IMG/VR virus record: IMGVR_UViG_2877958089_000002 | Direction: 5' to 3' (one strand) | Source of the DNA: a virus | Taxonomy: Duplodnaviria > Heunggongvirae > Uroviricota > Caudoviricetes | Length of the DNA stretch: 31,395 nucleotides | Part shown: positions 1 to 8,219 of the stretch, in pieces | How positions within the stretch are numbered: the first letter of the stretch is position 1 | Layout: the number at the start of each line of letters is the position of its first letter | Translations under genes and position numbers: made by a program | Notes under the pieces: model-generated | What the model saw: only the letters and a program-made list of their open reading frames with translations | Databases searched by the model: none | What the model was told of the DNA's origin: nothing

Positions 1-246
1 ATGACTTTTGATGAAAAAGAACTTGATAATGCAATTAATAAAATCATCGTAACGTCGCTCTTTTCCTGTCTCAGCGACACTCAGCAGAAACAGTTCTACG
101 AATCGGCTTTCAACATGATCGAGCGTTGTTGTTTCTGCGATGCCGACGAGTTACCTGAAAAAATCAGGAAACAGTTGGCTGATGCTCTTCGAGTGCGACT
201 TTCTGACCAATTTTCTGAAATGTGCTCTCCGAATTTGGACAAATAG
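1..246 (+). CDS. Hypothetical protein (81 aa), AT-rich cargo downstream of the repressor gene
   Basis: ORF begins with ATG at window position 1 and ends at TAG 244-246. No recognisable motif. Overlaps a 105-aa minus-strand ORF (164..481), so which strand is coding is unresolved. Confidence 0.35.
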   Translation: MTFDEKELDNAINKIIVTSLFSCLSDTQQKQFYESAFNMIERCCFCDADELPEKIRKQLADALRVRLSDQFSEMCSPNLDK

Positions 247-590
247 AAAAAGGCCATTTCCATTCAGGGTCTGATGGAAATACTTCAGCCTGTTCCAAAG
301 CACGGCGTAAAGAGAACACAACTCCAGCCATAATCTGATGTTTCCCATTGGTCCAGCTATCGCCGCTCTGATCTACAGGGGCGGCTATGTCGTATGACCA
401 AACGACTTCACAGTTATTGTTTAAAATCTGGACTTTCATTTCATACACCTGCTTTAACATGAGTGCCTGGTGGCACAACATGACTCAACGAATCATCCTG
501 GACGTCATATGCCCCAGGCGGCTACTTCGTGGGCGTCCTGCCTGTTCGTTATCTTTGATATAAAATCTAACTTAACTTAGTTATTATGGC

Positions 591-623
591 AAGAGAAAAC
601 ACCAAACTTTTCTTAGTTCGGTG
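591..623 (-). terminator. Putative intrinsic terminator of the repressor transcript
   Basis: On the minus strand, about 25 nt after the repressor stop (646-648): 8-bp stem CACCGAAC/GTTTGGTG (one G-U pair), 8-nt loop, then UUUUCUCUU. Read by eye; coordinates approximate. Confidence 0.45.
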
Positions 624-645
624 CCTTAGTTAGAGAAGAGAGGTC

Positions 646-1272
646 TTAGAGTTCGTATTGAACTCCTTTGACTACACCAATGATAAGGCAATTACCATTG
701 ATAGGGATGTTGGGATACCGAGGATTTAATGGCACTAAAAACTTTTGAGGGCCATCGATGACTAATTTTTTTACTGTAGCTTCGTTTGTTCCATCAAGTC
801 GAGCGATGACTATTTTTCCATGACGAGGTTCTGCATCTGGATCTACAATCACTGTTGCGCCTTCTGGTATTGTTGGGAGGCCATTAGGGTTAGTCATGGA
901 GTCACCTTTAACCTCTAATGCAAATGAGTTATCACCAATCTTTAATGATGTATCTACCCACTTGTCCACTTCACTAAACACTTCTGCTGCCCTGCACTCA
1001 GTAAACTGCCCAGCCTGAACCCACGATATTACAGGAACTCTGCGCATGTTTGTGACGAGTTTGCCTTCAAACTCAGCACCATAAAGAATGTAATCTATTG
1101 ACGTATTGAAGAACTTCGCTAATTTCGAAAGTGCCTCCCCACCAGGGGTATTGATGTCTTTCTCCCAGTACCCCACAGCAACGTCGCTTACTCCACAAAA
1201 TTTACCCAATTCTTTCTGGGACGTTCCGGTAACTCTTCTCAGAGCTTTTATACGCTGACCAACCGTTTCCAT
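646..1272 (-). CDS. CI-like prophage repressor (N-terminal HTH, C-terminal LexA/S24 self-cleaving peptidase domain)
   Basis: 208-aa product. N-terminal HTH (QKELGKFCGVSDVAVGYWE). C-terminal S24 signature (LEVKGDSM...TVIVDPDAEPRHGKIVIARL...VKKL) with Ser/Lys dyad. Divergent from a Cro-like gene. Confidence 0.9.
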   Translation of the reverse strand: METVGQRIKALRRVTGTSQKELGKFCGVSDVAVGYWEKDINTPGGEALSKLAKFFNTSIDYILYGAEFEGKLVTNMRRVPVISWVQAGQFTECRAAEVFSEVDKWVDTSLKIGDNSFALEVKGDSMTNPNGLPTIPEGATVIVDPDAEPRHGKIVIARLDGTNEATVKKLVIDGPQKFLVPLNPRYPNIPINGNCLIIGVVKGVQYEL

Positions 1273-1294
1273 AGGAGCACCATTTCTTGAATTG

Positions 1295-1357
1295 CTAAGT
1301 AATCTTAGTTTTTATTGACCAAAGATAGATTTGTAATTAGCATCTAATAAAACTTAG
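1295..1357. promoter_or_regulatory. Immunity-region operator/promoter cluster between the repressor and cro-like genes
   Basis: Three palindromes in the 97-bp divergent intergenic region: CTAAGTAATCTTAG (~1295-1308), ATTAGCATCTAAT (~1336-1348) and CTAATAAAACTTAG (~1344-1357). Candidate rightward promoter TTGACC (~1315-1320), 17-bp spacer, TAGCAT, overlapping the last two sites. Confidence 0.45.
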
Positions 1358-1369
1358 TTTGGAGGGCGT

Positions 1370-1570
1370 ATGACAACTGACGATATCGAAAGCTACTTCG
1401 GCAGTATTGAGAAAGTTGCTGCTTTTTTCGGCATAACAACTGAAGCCGTTTATCAGTGGCGAAACCGTCCGGGCCAGTTAATTCCAAAAGGACGTGCAGC
1501 AGAAGCTGCATATAGAACTTGCGGACGGTTGCCATTTAAACCTGAGCTTTATGAAAAATCTAATGGATAA
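1370..1570 (+). CDS. Cro-like HTH regulator
   Basis: 66-aa product with HTH (IEKVAAFFGITTEAVYQWRN). GGAGG Shine-Dalgarno 4-5 nt upstream. Divergent from the repressor as in lambdoid and e14-type immunity regions. Confidence 0.75.
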   Translation: MTTDDIESYFGSIEKVAAFFGITTEAVYQWRNRPGQLIPKGRAAEAAYRTCGRLPFKPELYEKSNG

Positions 1571-2159
1571 ATCGATTAACAGAAACCACAGAACGATGAG
1601 GCTAACCGTGGGTAAGCATCACTGGAAAGTAGAAAAACAGCCTGAGTGGTACGTGAAAGCTGTCAGAAAAACTATCGCAGCGTTGCCGGGTGGTTACGCT
1701 GAAGCAGCTGACTGGCTGGATGTAACAGAAAACGCATTATTTAACCGCCTTCGTGCCGATGGCGATCAGATTTTCCCGCTGGGATGGGCAATGATTTTGC
1801 AACGTGCTGGTGGAACTCACTTCATTGCTGACGCTGTGGCGCAGTCTGCAAATGGCGTCTTTGTGTCTCTTCCTGACGTCGAGGATGTGGACAACGCCGA
1901 TATTAACCAGCGCCTGCTGGAAGTCATTGAACAGATTGGCAGTTATTCCAGACAGATTCGTTCGGCAATCGAAGACGGTGTGGTGGAACCGCATGAGAAG
2001 ACAGCAATTAACGACGAGCTGTATCTCTCAATTTCGAAGCTGCAGGAGCATGCAGCACTGGTCTACAAAATCTTTTGCATTTCAGAAAGTAATGACGCCC
2101 GCGAGTGTGCAGCTCCGGGCGCCGTGGCGTGTCGTGACTGTGGAGAAACTAACGCATGA
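1551..2159 (+). CDS. CII-like / YmfL-like early regulatory protein
   Basis: Frame open from ATG 1494, but that start overlaps cro by 77 nt. ATG at 1551 (MKNLMDKS...) or 1563 is more plausible. Position directly after cro. Family assignment is from memory of e14/lambdoid gene order, not from a search. Confidence 0.5.
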   Translation: MKNLMDKSINRNHRTMRLTVGKHHWKVEKQPEWYVKAVRKTIAALPGGYAEAADWLDVTENALFNRLRADGDQIFPLGWAMILQRAGGTHFIADAVAQSANGVFVSLPDVEDVDNADINQRLLEVIEQIGSYSRQIRSAIEDGVVEPHEKTAINDELYLSISKLQEHAALVYKIFCISESNDARECAAPGAVACRDCGETNA

Positions 2160-2494
2160 ACAGTTTAACAACACACTACCGTCGCTCGCAACTGATTGCG
2201 CTTCCTGTACCGGGTGGAAAAGCGAAGGTGGAGTATTGCTATGCAGTTAATGTACCAGGTGACAGGGAAATTGTAACCCACAGCTTTGCTGAGTGGGCTG
2301 TGGGTGATTTCAACCGGCAGAAGGAGACAGTCCTTTGCGACAAGTTAACCGCTGGTTCAAAGATCACTACGGAGTGCCCGTCAGAGTCATTCGTTGGGAG
2401 CCGGAAACACAACGAGTTATCTACCTCCGCGAAGGCTATGAGCATGAGTGCTTCAGCCCGCTCGAACAGTTTCGTCGTAAATTCAGGGAAATAG
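2156..2494 (+). CDS. Hypothetical early protein (112 aa), YmfM-like by position and size
   Basis: ATGA start/stop overlap with the upstream gene suggests translational coupling. C-terminal 50 aa are Ser-rich low complexity while the overlapping frame looks more protein-like (see findings). Confidence 0.4.
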   Translation: MNSLTTHYRRSQLIALPVPGGKAKVEYCYAVNVPGDREIVTHSFAEWAVGDFNRQKETVLCDKLTAGSKITTECPSESFVGSRKHNELSTSAKAMSMSASARSNSFVVNSGK

Positions 2495-2503
2495 AGGTCG
2501 GTC

Positions 2504-3445
2504 ATGAGCACTAAATTAACCGGCTATGTATGGGATGGTTGCGCTGCATCAGGCATGAAATTATCCAGCGTGGCAATTATGGCCCGCCTGGCTGATTTCA
2601 GTAATGACGAAGGTGTGTGCTGGCCATCAATTGAAACTATTGCCCGTCAGATTGGCGCGGGGATGAGTACCGTCAGGACGGCTATCGCACGGCTGGAAGC
2701 AGAAGGCTGGTTAACGCGTAAGGCGCGTCGCCAGGGTAACCGCAATGCGTCGAATGTTTATCAGCTTAACGTTGCGAAGCTTCAGGCAGCGGCATTTTCT
2801 CAACTGTCAGATTCTGACCCGTCAAAATCTGACGCATCAAAATCTGACCCGTCAAAATTTGATGCGTCGAAATCTGGCAAAAAAGCGGGTTTTCACCCGT
2901 CAGAATCTGGCGGGGATCCGTCAGTAAAATCAAAACATGATCCGTCAGATAAAAAACCTTCTCGTCCGGACGCTTCGCAACCGGACACGCAGACGGATGA
3001 ACAGGATTTTTTAACTCGCCATCCTGATGCGGTTGTATTCAGCCCTAAAAAGCGCCAGTGGGGAACGCAGGATGATTTGACCTGCGCACAGTGGCTCTGG
3101 AAAAAAATCATCGCCCTGTACGAGCAAGCCGCCGAATGTGACGGCGAGGTGGTTCGTCCCAAAGAACCGAACTGGACAGCCTGGGCAAACGAAATTCGCC
3201 TGATGTGTGTGCAGGATGGTCGTACTCACAAACAAATCTGCGAGATGTACAGCCGCGTCAGCCGCGATCCGTTCTGGTGCCGTAACGTGCTCAGCCCGTC
3301 GAAGTTGCGGGAAAAATGGGATGAGCTTTCCCTGCGCTTATCACCGTCCGTCAGCACGTACACCGAAAAACGCGAAGACCCGTACTTCAAATCCAGTTAC
3401 GACAACGTGGACTACAGCCAGATCCCGGCAGGATTCAGGGGGTGA
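2504..3445 (+). CDS. Phage replication initiation protein (N-terminal winged-helix DNA-binding domain, C-terminal replisome-organizer/DnaT-like region)
   Basis: 313-aa product. N-terminus (IARQIGAGMSTVRTAIARLEAEGWL) is a typical replication-initiator wHTH. Central region is encoded by tandem 15-bp repeats. Sits at the lambda O position. Confidence 0.65.
   Translation: MSTKLTGYVWDGCAASGMKLSSVAIMARLADFSNDEGVCWPSIETIARQIGAGMSTVRTAIARLEAEGWLTRKARRQGNRNASNVYQLNVAKLQAAAFSQLSDSDPSKSDASKSDPSKFDASKSGKKAGFHPSESGGDPSVKSKHDPSDKKPSRPDASQPDTQTDEQDFLTRHPDAVVFSPKKRQWGTQDDLTCAQWLWKKIIALYEQAAECDGEVVRPKEPNWTAWANEIRLMCVQDGRTHKQICEMYSRVSRDPFWCRNVLSPSKLREKWDELSLRLSPSVSTYTEKREDPYFKSSYDNVDYSQIPAGFRG
2807..2950 (+). 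repeat. Tandem ~15-bp direct repeats (iteron-like) inside the replication gene; candidate ori
   Basis: Repeats of CCGTCAAAATCTGAC / GCATCAAAATCTGAC / CCGTCAAAATTTGAT / GCGTCGAAATCTGGC with degenerate copies further on (CCGTCAGAATCTGG, CCGTCAGTAAAATC, CCGTCAGATAAAAAAC). They encode the DPSKSD/ASKSD peptide repeats. Confidence 0.6.
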
Positions 3446-3447
3446 TC

Positions 3448-3936
3448 ATGAGTCTGTTAAATGACGTTCAGAAATTCATTGAAGCCCATCCGGGGTGTAC
3501 TTCCGGAGACATTGCGGATGCTTTTGCAGGTTACTCACGGCAGCGCGTTCTGCAGTCTGCAAGCAAGTTACGTCAGAGTGGGCGTGTGGCTCACCGTTGT
3601 GAAGGAGATACACGCAGACATTTCCCGCGCCTGACTGAGAGAGCGCAGGAGCCGGAACCACAACCAGTTCGTGAAACCAGACCTGTGCGCAATTTCTATG
3701 TCGGCACTAACGATCCCCGGGTGATTTTGTGCCTGACCCGCCAGGCGGAAGAACTGGAGTCCAGGGGCTTATACCGTCGTGCTGCAACGGTGTGGATGGC
3801 GGCATTCTGTGAAAGCCACTCCCAGCCAGAACGAAACAATTTTCTGGCGCGTCGTGAGCAGTGTTTACGGAAAAGCAGCAAGCGCGCTGTATCGGGTGAT
3901 GAGTGGTATCTGTCAGGGAATTACGTGGGGGCTTAA
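3448..3936 (+). CDS. Putative transcriptional regulator (winged-helix N-terminus; PerC/ANR-like C-terminal region)
   Basis: Frame opens with GTG at 3442; ATG at 3448 has a GGGGG Shine-Dalgarno about 6 nt upstream. C-terminal segment AEELESRGLYRRAATVWMAAF resembles PerC-family regulators. From memory only. Confidence 0.4.
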   Translation: MSLLNDVQKFIEAHPGCTSGDIADAFAGYSRQRVLQSASKLRQSGRVAHRCEGDTRRHFPRLTERAQEPEPQPVRETRPVRNFYVGTNDPRVILCLTRQAEELESRGLYRRAATVWMAAFCESHSQPERNNFLARREQCLRKSSKRAVSGDEWYLSGNYVGA

Positions 3937-4589
3937 TGAGTAATAAATATTGCCAGGCGCTGGTGGAACTACGGAACAAACCAGCCCATGAACTGAAGGA
4001 AGTGGGCGATCAGTGGCGCACGCCGGATAACATTTTCTGGGGAATTAACACTCTGTTTGGCCCGTTTGTTCTGGATCTTTTTACTGACGGTGATAACGCC
4101 AAATGTGCCGCGTATTACACGGCGGAAGACAACGCGCTGGCGCATGACTGGTCAGAACGTCTTGCGGAGCTTAAAGGTGCTGCCTTTGGTAATCCCCCGT
4201 ACAGCCGCGCCAGTCAGCATGAGGGGCAATACATCACCGGCATGCGTTACATCATGAAGCATGCCAGTGCCATGCGTGATAAAGGCGGGCGCTATGTTTT
4301 CCTGATCAAAGCTGCCACCAGCGAAGTGTGGTGGCCGGAAGATGCAGATCATATTGCTTTTATTCGCGGGCGTATTGGTTTTGAACTGCCTGTCTGGTTT
4401 ATCCCGAAAGACGAGAAGCAGGTGCCGACAGGCGCTTTCTTCGCTGGTGCTATTGCTGTTTTCGATAAGACCTGGAAGGGATCGGCAATCAGCTACATCG
4501 GGCGCGATGAACTTGAGGCATGTGGTGAGGCGTTTCTGGCGCAGGTTCGCCAGCAGGCGGAAAAACTGGTCAGGGAGATGGCGGCATGA
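3936..4589 (+). CDS. Phage DNA N6-adenine methyltransferase (Dam-like phage family)
   Basis: NPPY catalytic motif (AAFGNPPYS). TAATG overlap with the upstream gene. ATG at 3936 is residue 12 of the track ORF. Confidence 0.8.
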   Translation: MSNKYCQALVELRNKPAHELKEVGDQWRTPDNIFWGINTLFGPFVLDLFTDGDNAKCAAYYTAEDNALAHDWSERLAELKGAAFGNPPYSRASQHEGQYITGMRYIMKHASAMRDKGGRYVFLIKAATSEVWWPEDADHIAFIRGRIGFELPVWFIPKDEKQVPTGAFFAGAIAVFDKTWKGSAISYIGRDELEACGEAFLAQVRQQAEKLVREMAA

Positions 4590-4912
4590 CGACGTTAACT
4601 CAATGCCAGCAGCAGGTGCTGGATATGCTGATTTCTTATCAGAAAGAACGTGGTTTCCCGCCAACCAATCAGGAGGTGGCAACCATGCTGGGATACCGTT
4701 CAGTGAATGCAGCGGTGGAGCATCTTCGCGCACTGGAGAAAAAAGGCGTCATCACGATAAAGCGTGGCGTGGCCCGGGGGATCACGCTTCATACCGCAGT
4801 GAAGGACGACGACAGCGAAGCGGTCGGTATCATCCGCGCACTGCTTGCCGGTGAGGAGAACGCCAGGTTGCGTGCAGCCCACTGGTTACATGAGAGGGGC
4901 TTGAAAGTATGA
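4586..4912 (+). CDS. LexA N-terminal DNA-binding-domain protein (no peptidase domain)
   Basis: 108-aa product. First ~70 aa align by eye to the LexA winged-helix domain (QQQVLDMLISYQKERGFPPTNQEVATMLGYRSVNAAVEHLRALEKKGVI). No S24 Ser/Lys domain follows. Confidence 0.7.
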   Translation: MTTLTQCQQQVLDMLISYQKERGFPPTNQEVATMLGYRSVNAAVEHLRALEKKGVITIKRGVARGITLHTAVKDDDSEAVGIIRALLAGEENARLRAAHWLHERGLKV

Positions 4913-5298
4913 AGTTGATCCTTCCTTTCCCGCCCAGTGTGAACACGTACTGGCGACACCCCAACAAAGGGGCGTTTGCTGGTAAGAGCCTGATAAGCGC
5001 GGCGGGGCGAAAATTCCAGAGCGCGGCGTGTGCCGCAATAGTTGAGCAGTTACGTCGTCTGCCAAAACCAACGTCGGCACCTGCTTCAGTGGAGATCGTG
5101 TTGTTTCCTCCGGATAACCGGATCCGCGATCTGGACAACTATAACAAGGCGCTGTTTGACGCCCTGACCCACGCGGGTGTGTGGGAAGACGACAGTCAGG
5201 TGAAAAGAATGCTGGTTGAGTGGGGACCGGTTATCCCGAAAGGGAAGGTCGAGATCACTATCAGTAAGTTCGAGAAAACGGCGGGTGCAGCCGCCTGA
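4909..5298 (+). CDS. rusA: RusA-family Holliday junction resolvase
   Basis: 129-aa product with the RusA signature (LPFPPSVNTYWRH...DLDNYNKALFDALTHAGVWEDDSQV). ATGA overlap with the upstream gene. Confidence 0.8.
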   Translation: MKLILPFPPSVNTYWRHPNKGAFAGKSLISAAGRKFQSAACAAIVEQLRRLPKPTSAPASVEIVLFPPDNRIRDLDNYNKALFDALTHAGVWEDDSQVKRMLVEWGPVIPKGKVEITISKFEKTAGAAA

Positions 5299-5317
5299 TT
5301 AAGAGGAGAAACGAAGT

Positions 5318-6127
5318 ATGAATAATCTGATGGTCATTGATGGTATTGAAGTTCGTCGTGATGCTTATGGGCGTTACAGTCTGAACGATCTGCATCGCGC
5401 AGCAGTAGCATCTGGTGCAAATGCCAGAACCAAGGAGCCAGGAAAGTTTCTTTCCAGCCAACAAACTGTTGAGCTTGTTCATGAATTGACCAACACCCAG
5501 AATTTGGGTGTTGACCCGGTGAGTGTGATTCATGGGGGAAATGAACGGGGAACGTATGTCTGCAAGGAACTGGTGTATGCCTATGCAATGTGGATCAGCC
5601 CGTCATTCCATCTGAAGGTGATCCGTACTTTCGACATGGTAACCAGCGCACCGGAAAAATTATCCGGACAGGCTGCTGACAAGATGCAGGCTGGTGTGAT
5701 TCTGCTGGACTTTATGCGCCGGGAATTAAACCTGTCTAACTCTTCAGTGCTTGGTGCCTGTCAGAAACTCCAGGAGGCTGTTGGCTTACCGAATCTGGCA
5801 CCGCGCTATGCCATTGATGCTCCTGCTGATGCACACGATGGCTCAAGTCGCCCGACACTGTCACTGAGTGCACTGCTGAAACAGTATGGTATCCGCCTGA
5901 CGGCTAATCAGGCATATCACCAGATGGTGAAACTGGGGATCGTCGAGCAGCGCGAACGATACAGCCGTACCGCGATTAACAACATCAAAAAATTCTGGTC
6001 GCTGACAGCGAAAGGCTGCATGTTCGGCAAGAACATCACCAGTCCCGCAAATCCGCGCGAGACGCAGCCGCATTTCTTCGAATCCCGATTCCCTGAGCTG
6101 TTAAAGCTGCTCGATACCGTTCATTGA
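5318..6127 (+). CDS. KilA-N domain protein
   Basis: N-terminal KilA-N-like sequence (YSLNDLHRAA...KELVYAYAMWISPSFHLKVIRTF). C-terminal half unassigned. Confidence 0.65.
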   Translation: MNNLMVIDGIEVRRDAYGRYSLNDLHRAAVASGANARTKEPGKFLSSQQTVELVHELTNTQNLGVDPVSVIHGGNERGTYVCKELVYAYAMWISPSFHLKVIRTFDMVTSAPEKLSGQAADKMQAGVILLDFMRRELNLSNSSVLGACQKLQEAVGLPNLAPRYAIDAPADAHDGSSRPTLSLSALLKQYGIRLTANQAYHQMVKLGIVEQRERYSRTAINNIKKFWSLTAKGCMFGKNITSPANPRETQPHFFESRFPELLKLLDTVH

Positions 6128-6128
6128 G

Positions 6129-7124
6129 GTGACCGTGAGAGCACTACTGACCCCTGAAATAGCCCCGCGTATGGGGATCGTATTGTTCAGACCAGGTTCA
6201 GAGCTGATGCCCCTGTTTATGCAGGGGCGTGTACTGCTGGAGCCTGAGCCGGAACGTTATTCATCTTTCGCCAGTGGTGCCGTTCCCGCGGCATCACAAC
6301 CGCTGGCGGATGATCCTGCTGTTCGGGCCGTGTTCCGCAATGAGGCAGTGATCCGTCGTGCTGGTGGCGTGGAATGTCTTGAAAGCTGGTTACTTCGTGA
6401 AAAAGGCTGCCAGTGGCCTCATTCCGACTGGCACAGCGAGAACATGACCACAATGCGACACGCTCCGGGCGCAATCCGTCTGTGCTGGCACTGTGATAAC
6501 CAGCTGCGCGATCAGTTCACGGAACGGCTGGAATCAATGGCAACGGATAACTGTGCCCGCTGGGTGTTGTCTGTTGTGCGTCGGGATCTCGGTTTTGATG
6601 ATAGTCACGTTGTGACAATGCCGGAACTGTGCTGGTGGCTGGTTCGTAATGACCTGGCGGATGCCTTACCGGAAAGTGCAGCCCGTAAGGCACTGAGATT
6701 ACCGAAGCCTGTTGTGTCGTCTGTCACCCGGGAAAGTGACCTTGTGCCTTCGGTTCCTGCCACCAGCATCATCCAGGATAAAGCGAAAAATGTGCTGGCG
6801 CTGAAAGTGGATCCTGAGTCGCCGGAGTCTTTTATGTTACGCCCAAAACGTCGCCGCTGGGTCAATGAAAAGTACACGCGCTGGGTTAAGACACTGCCGT
6901 GTGCATGTTGTGGAAAGCCTGCTGATGATCCCCACCACCTGATAGGCCACGGTCAGGGGGGAATGGGTACAAAAGCGCATGACCTCTTTGTGTTGCCTTT
7001 GTGCAGAAAGCATCACGACGAGCTGCATGCGGATACCGTGGCATTTGAAGATAAGTATGGCTCCCAGCTGGAGCTGATATTTCGTTTTATCGATCGTGCG
7101 CTGGCAACTGGCGTGCTGGCCTGA
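6129..7124 (+). CDS. Prophage protein, DUF968-like, with C-terminal Cys/His (HNH-like) motif
   Basis: GTG start. C-terminal CACCGKP...PHHLIGHG...CRKHHDELH metal-binding motif. Family name recalled from E. coli prophage annotations, not verified. Confidence 0.4.
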   Translation: MTVRALLTPEIAPRMGIVLFRPGSELMPLFMQGRVLLEPEPERYSSFASGAVPAASQPLADDPAVRAVFRNEAVIRRAGGVECLESWLLREKGCQWPHSDWHSENMTTMRHAPGAIRLCWHCDNQLRDQFTERLESMATDNCARWVLSVVRRDLGFDDSHVVTMPELCWWLVRNDLADALPESAARKALRLPKPVVSSVTRESDLVPSVPATSIIQDKAKNVLALKVDPESPESFMLRPKRRRWVNEKYTRWVKTLPCACCGKPADDPHHLIGHGQGGMGTKAHDLFVLPLCRKHHDELHADTVAFEDKYGSQLELIFRFIDRALATGVLA

Positions 7125-7141
7125 TTTTGTGGAGAAAGTTG

Positions 7142-7507
7142 ATGCGTGATATTCAGATGGTTCTTGAGCGTTGGGGGGCATGGGCGGCGAGTGACAGTTC
7201 AGGAGTAGACTATTCGCCTATAGCTGCTGGGTTTAAGGGACTTCTTCCCTATACAAGCAAAACACGTCAGGCTTGTTCAGATAGTGATGCATTAATTATT
7301 GAAGGTTGTCTTGCTCGTCTAAAGCAAAAAAGGCCAGACGAACATTCGCTTCTTGTTGCCCATTACCTATACGGTATCTCTAAAAGAAAGCTCGCCAAAG
7401 CTCGTAAAAAGGATGAGAAACTAATACGCATTGAGATACAGATGGCTGAGGGGTTTATTGAAGGCTGTCTCTCAATGCTTGATCTTTGTTTGGAAATGGA
7501 CCAATAG
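7142..7507 (+). CDS. Late-gene antiterminator Q (small Q type, as in DLP12-type prophages)
   Basis: MRDIQMVLERWGAWAA... N-terminus and AEGFIEGCLSMLDLCLEMD C-terminus are typical of small Q antiterminators. Frame opens at TTG 7127; ATG 7142 has a GGAGA Shine-Dalgarno 6 nt upstream. Confidence 0.75.
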   Translation: MRDIQMVLERWGAWAASDSSGVDYSPIAAGFKGLLPYTSKTRQACSDSDALIIEGCLARLKQKRPDEHSLLVAHYLYGISKRKLAKARKKDEKLIRIEIQMAEGFIEGCLSMLDLCLEMDQ

Positions 7508-7518
7508 ACTACTAGAAT
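7490..7518 (+). promoter_or_regulatory. Candidate late promoter (pR'-like) overlapping the 3' end of Q
   Basis: TTGGAA (7490-7495), 17-bp spacer, TAGAAT (7513-7518), followed by a hairpin (AACTGCCG...CGGCAGTT, ~7522-7552). Placement mimics lambda pR'. Hexamers read by eye. Confidence 0.3.
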
Positions 7519-7530
7519 AGCAACTGCCGC

Positions 7531-7953
7531 TCAGCTTTGCGGATCGGCAGTTTCTGATGGTGTAATGTTACGCGCAGATGTTTCAAGTATAGATTCCCTT
7601 CCGATTGATACCAAAATTTCGATTGTTCTTGCTTTAGCCTGCATCAATGTTGATTTTATTTCAGGACTTAAGTGGTCAGATCGTAACTGCTTCTCAATCT
7701 CAGCCAAATCACGCTTGCATTTTGCTCTTTTGGCTGCGTCTTCTGGAGATTCGAAACCATGCCTCGAAATGAACCAATTCATGACGTAAGTTAAAGTTGC
7801 CGCAACACCCGGTACTAATGCGTAGGCTACAGTTCGCCACACGCTATTAGGGTCGGTTAAAATCGCGCTAACAAGAACACTTAAAATTGCTCCCCAACCA
7901 CCAGTTGAAAGGGTAGCTTTTCCTGTGCTTAGACCTTTAGTTTGAGAATTCAT
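7531..7953 (-). CDS. Small membrane protein (two predicted TM helices plus charged helical C-terminal tail); third gene of the antisense cassette
   Basis: 140-aa product. Hydrophobic segments GGWGAILSVLVSAIL and WRTVAYALVPGVAATLTYVMNWFI, then a K/R/E-rich helical tail. Start overlaps the upstream gene's stop. AT-rich. Confidence 0.6.
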   Translation of the reverse strand: MNSQTKGLSTGKATLSTGGWGAILSVLVSAILTDPNSVWRTVAYALVPGVAATLTYVMNWFISRHGFESPEDAAKRAKCKRDLAEIEKQLRSDHLSPEIKSTLMQAKARTIEILVSIGRESILETSARNITPSETADPQS

Positions 7954-8219
7954 TTTCGTTTTGAATTCTCCGCAATTGCCTCATCAATGAGGGTTGTTAG
8001 CATTTTTCCCTTTTTACTTGGAACTTTTATTACTAGCGTTTTGGTCACTCCGGAATCTTCATCGTGATATCGGAATTCGAAGACTTTTGTAGGGAATAGT
8101 CGACGCCAAAGCAAGGCTGACGCTGAATAGCAAAAACGACTAAAGGCAGGGATGATCATTATCACCCCTATCCAGAAGATCAGTTGTGCTATCTGCATGT
8201 TTAGTGTCACTTTTGTCAA
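7950..8219 (-). CDS. Small membrane protein (one N-terminal TM helix); second gene of the antisense cassette
   Basis: 89-aa product. TM segment IAQLIFWIGVIMIIPAF. Overlapping stop/start with both neighbours indicates an operon. Confidence 0.55.
   Translation of the reverse strand: MTKVTLNMQIAQLIFWIGVIMIIPAFSRFCYSASALLWRRLFPTKVFEFRYHDEDSGVTKTLVIKVPSKKGKMLTTLIDEAIAENSKRK

Noticed and set aside
1494-1550. Upstream ATG at 1494 as the start of the CII-like gene
   Set aside because: It would overlap the cro-like gene by 77 nt in another frame. ATG 1551 or 1563 gives a conventional short overlap.
2745-2927. 60-aa plus-strand ORF with repeated QNLT peptide inside the replication gene
   Set aside because: An alternative-frame reading of the 15-bp iteron repeats; the repetition reflects the DNA repeats, not a gene.
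7522-7552. Hairpin after Q as a clean intrinsic terminator for the antisense cassette
   Set aside because: The cassette's last stop codon lies inside the stem and neither strand has a convincing U-run after it. Kept only as part of the candidate late-promoter region.
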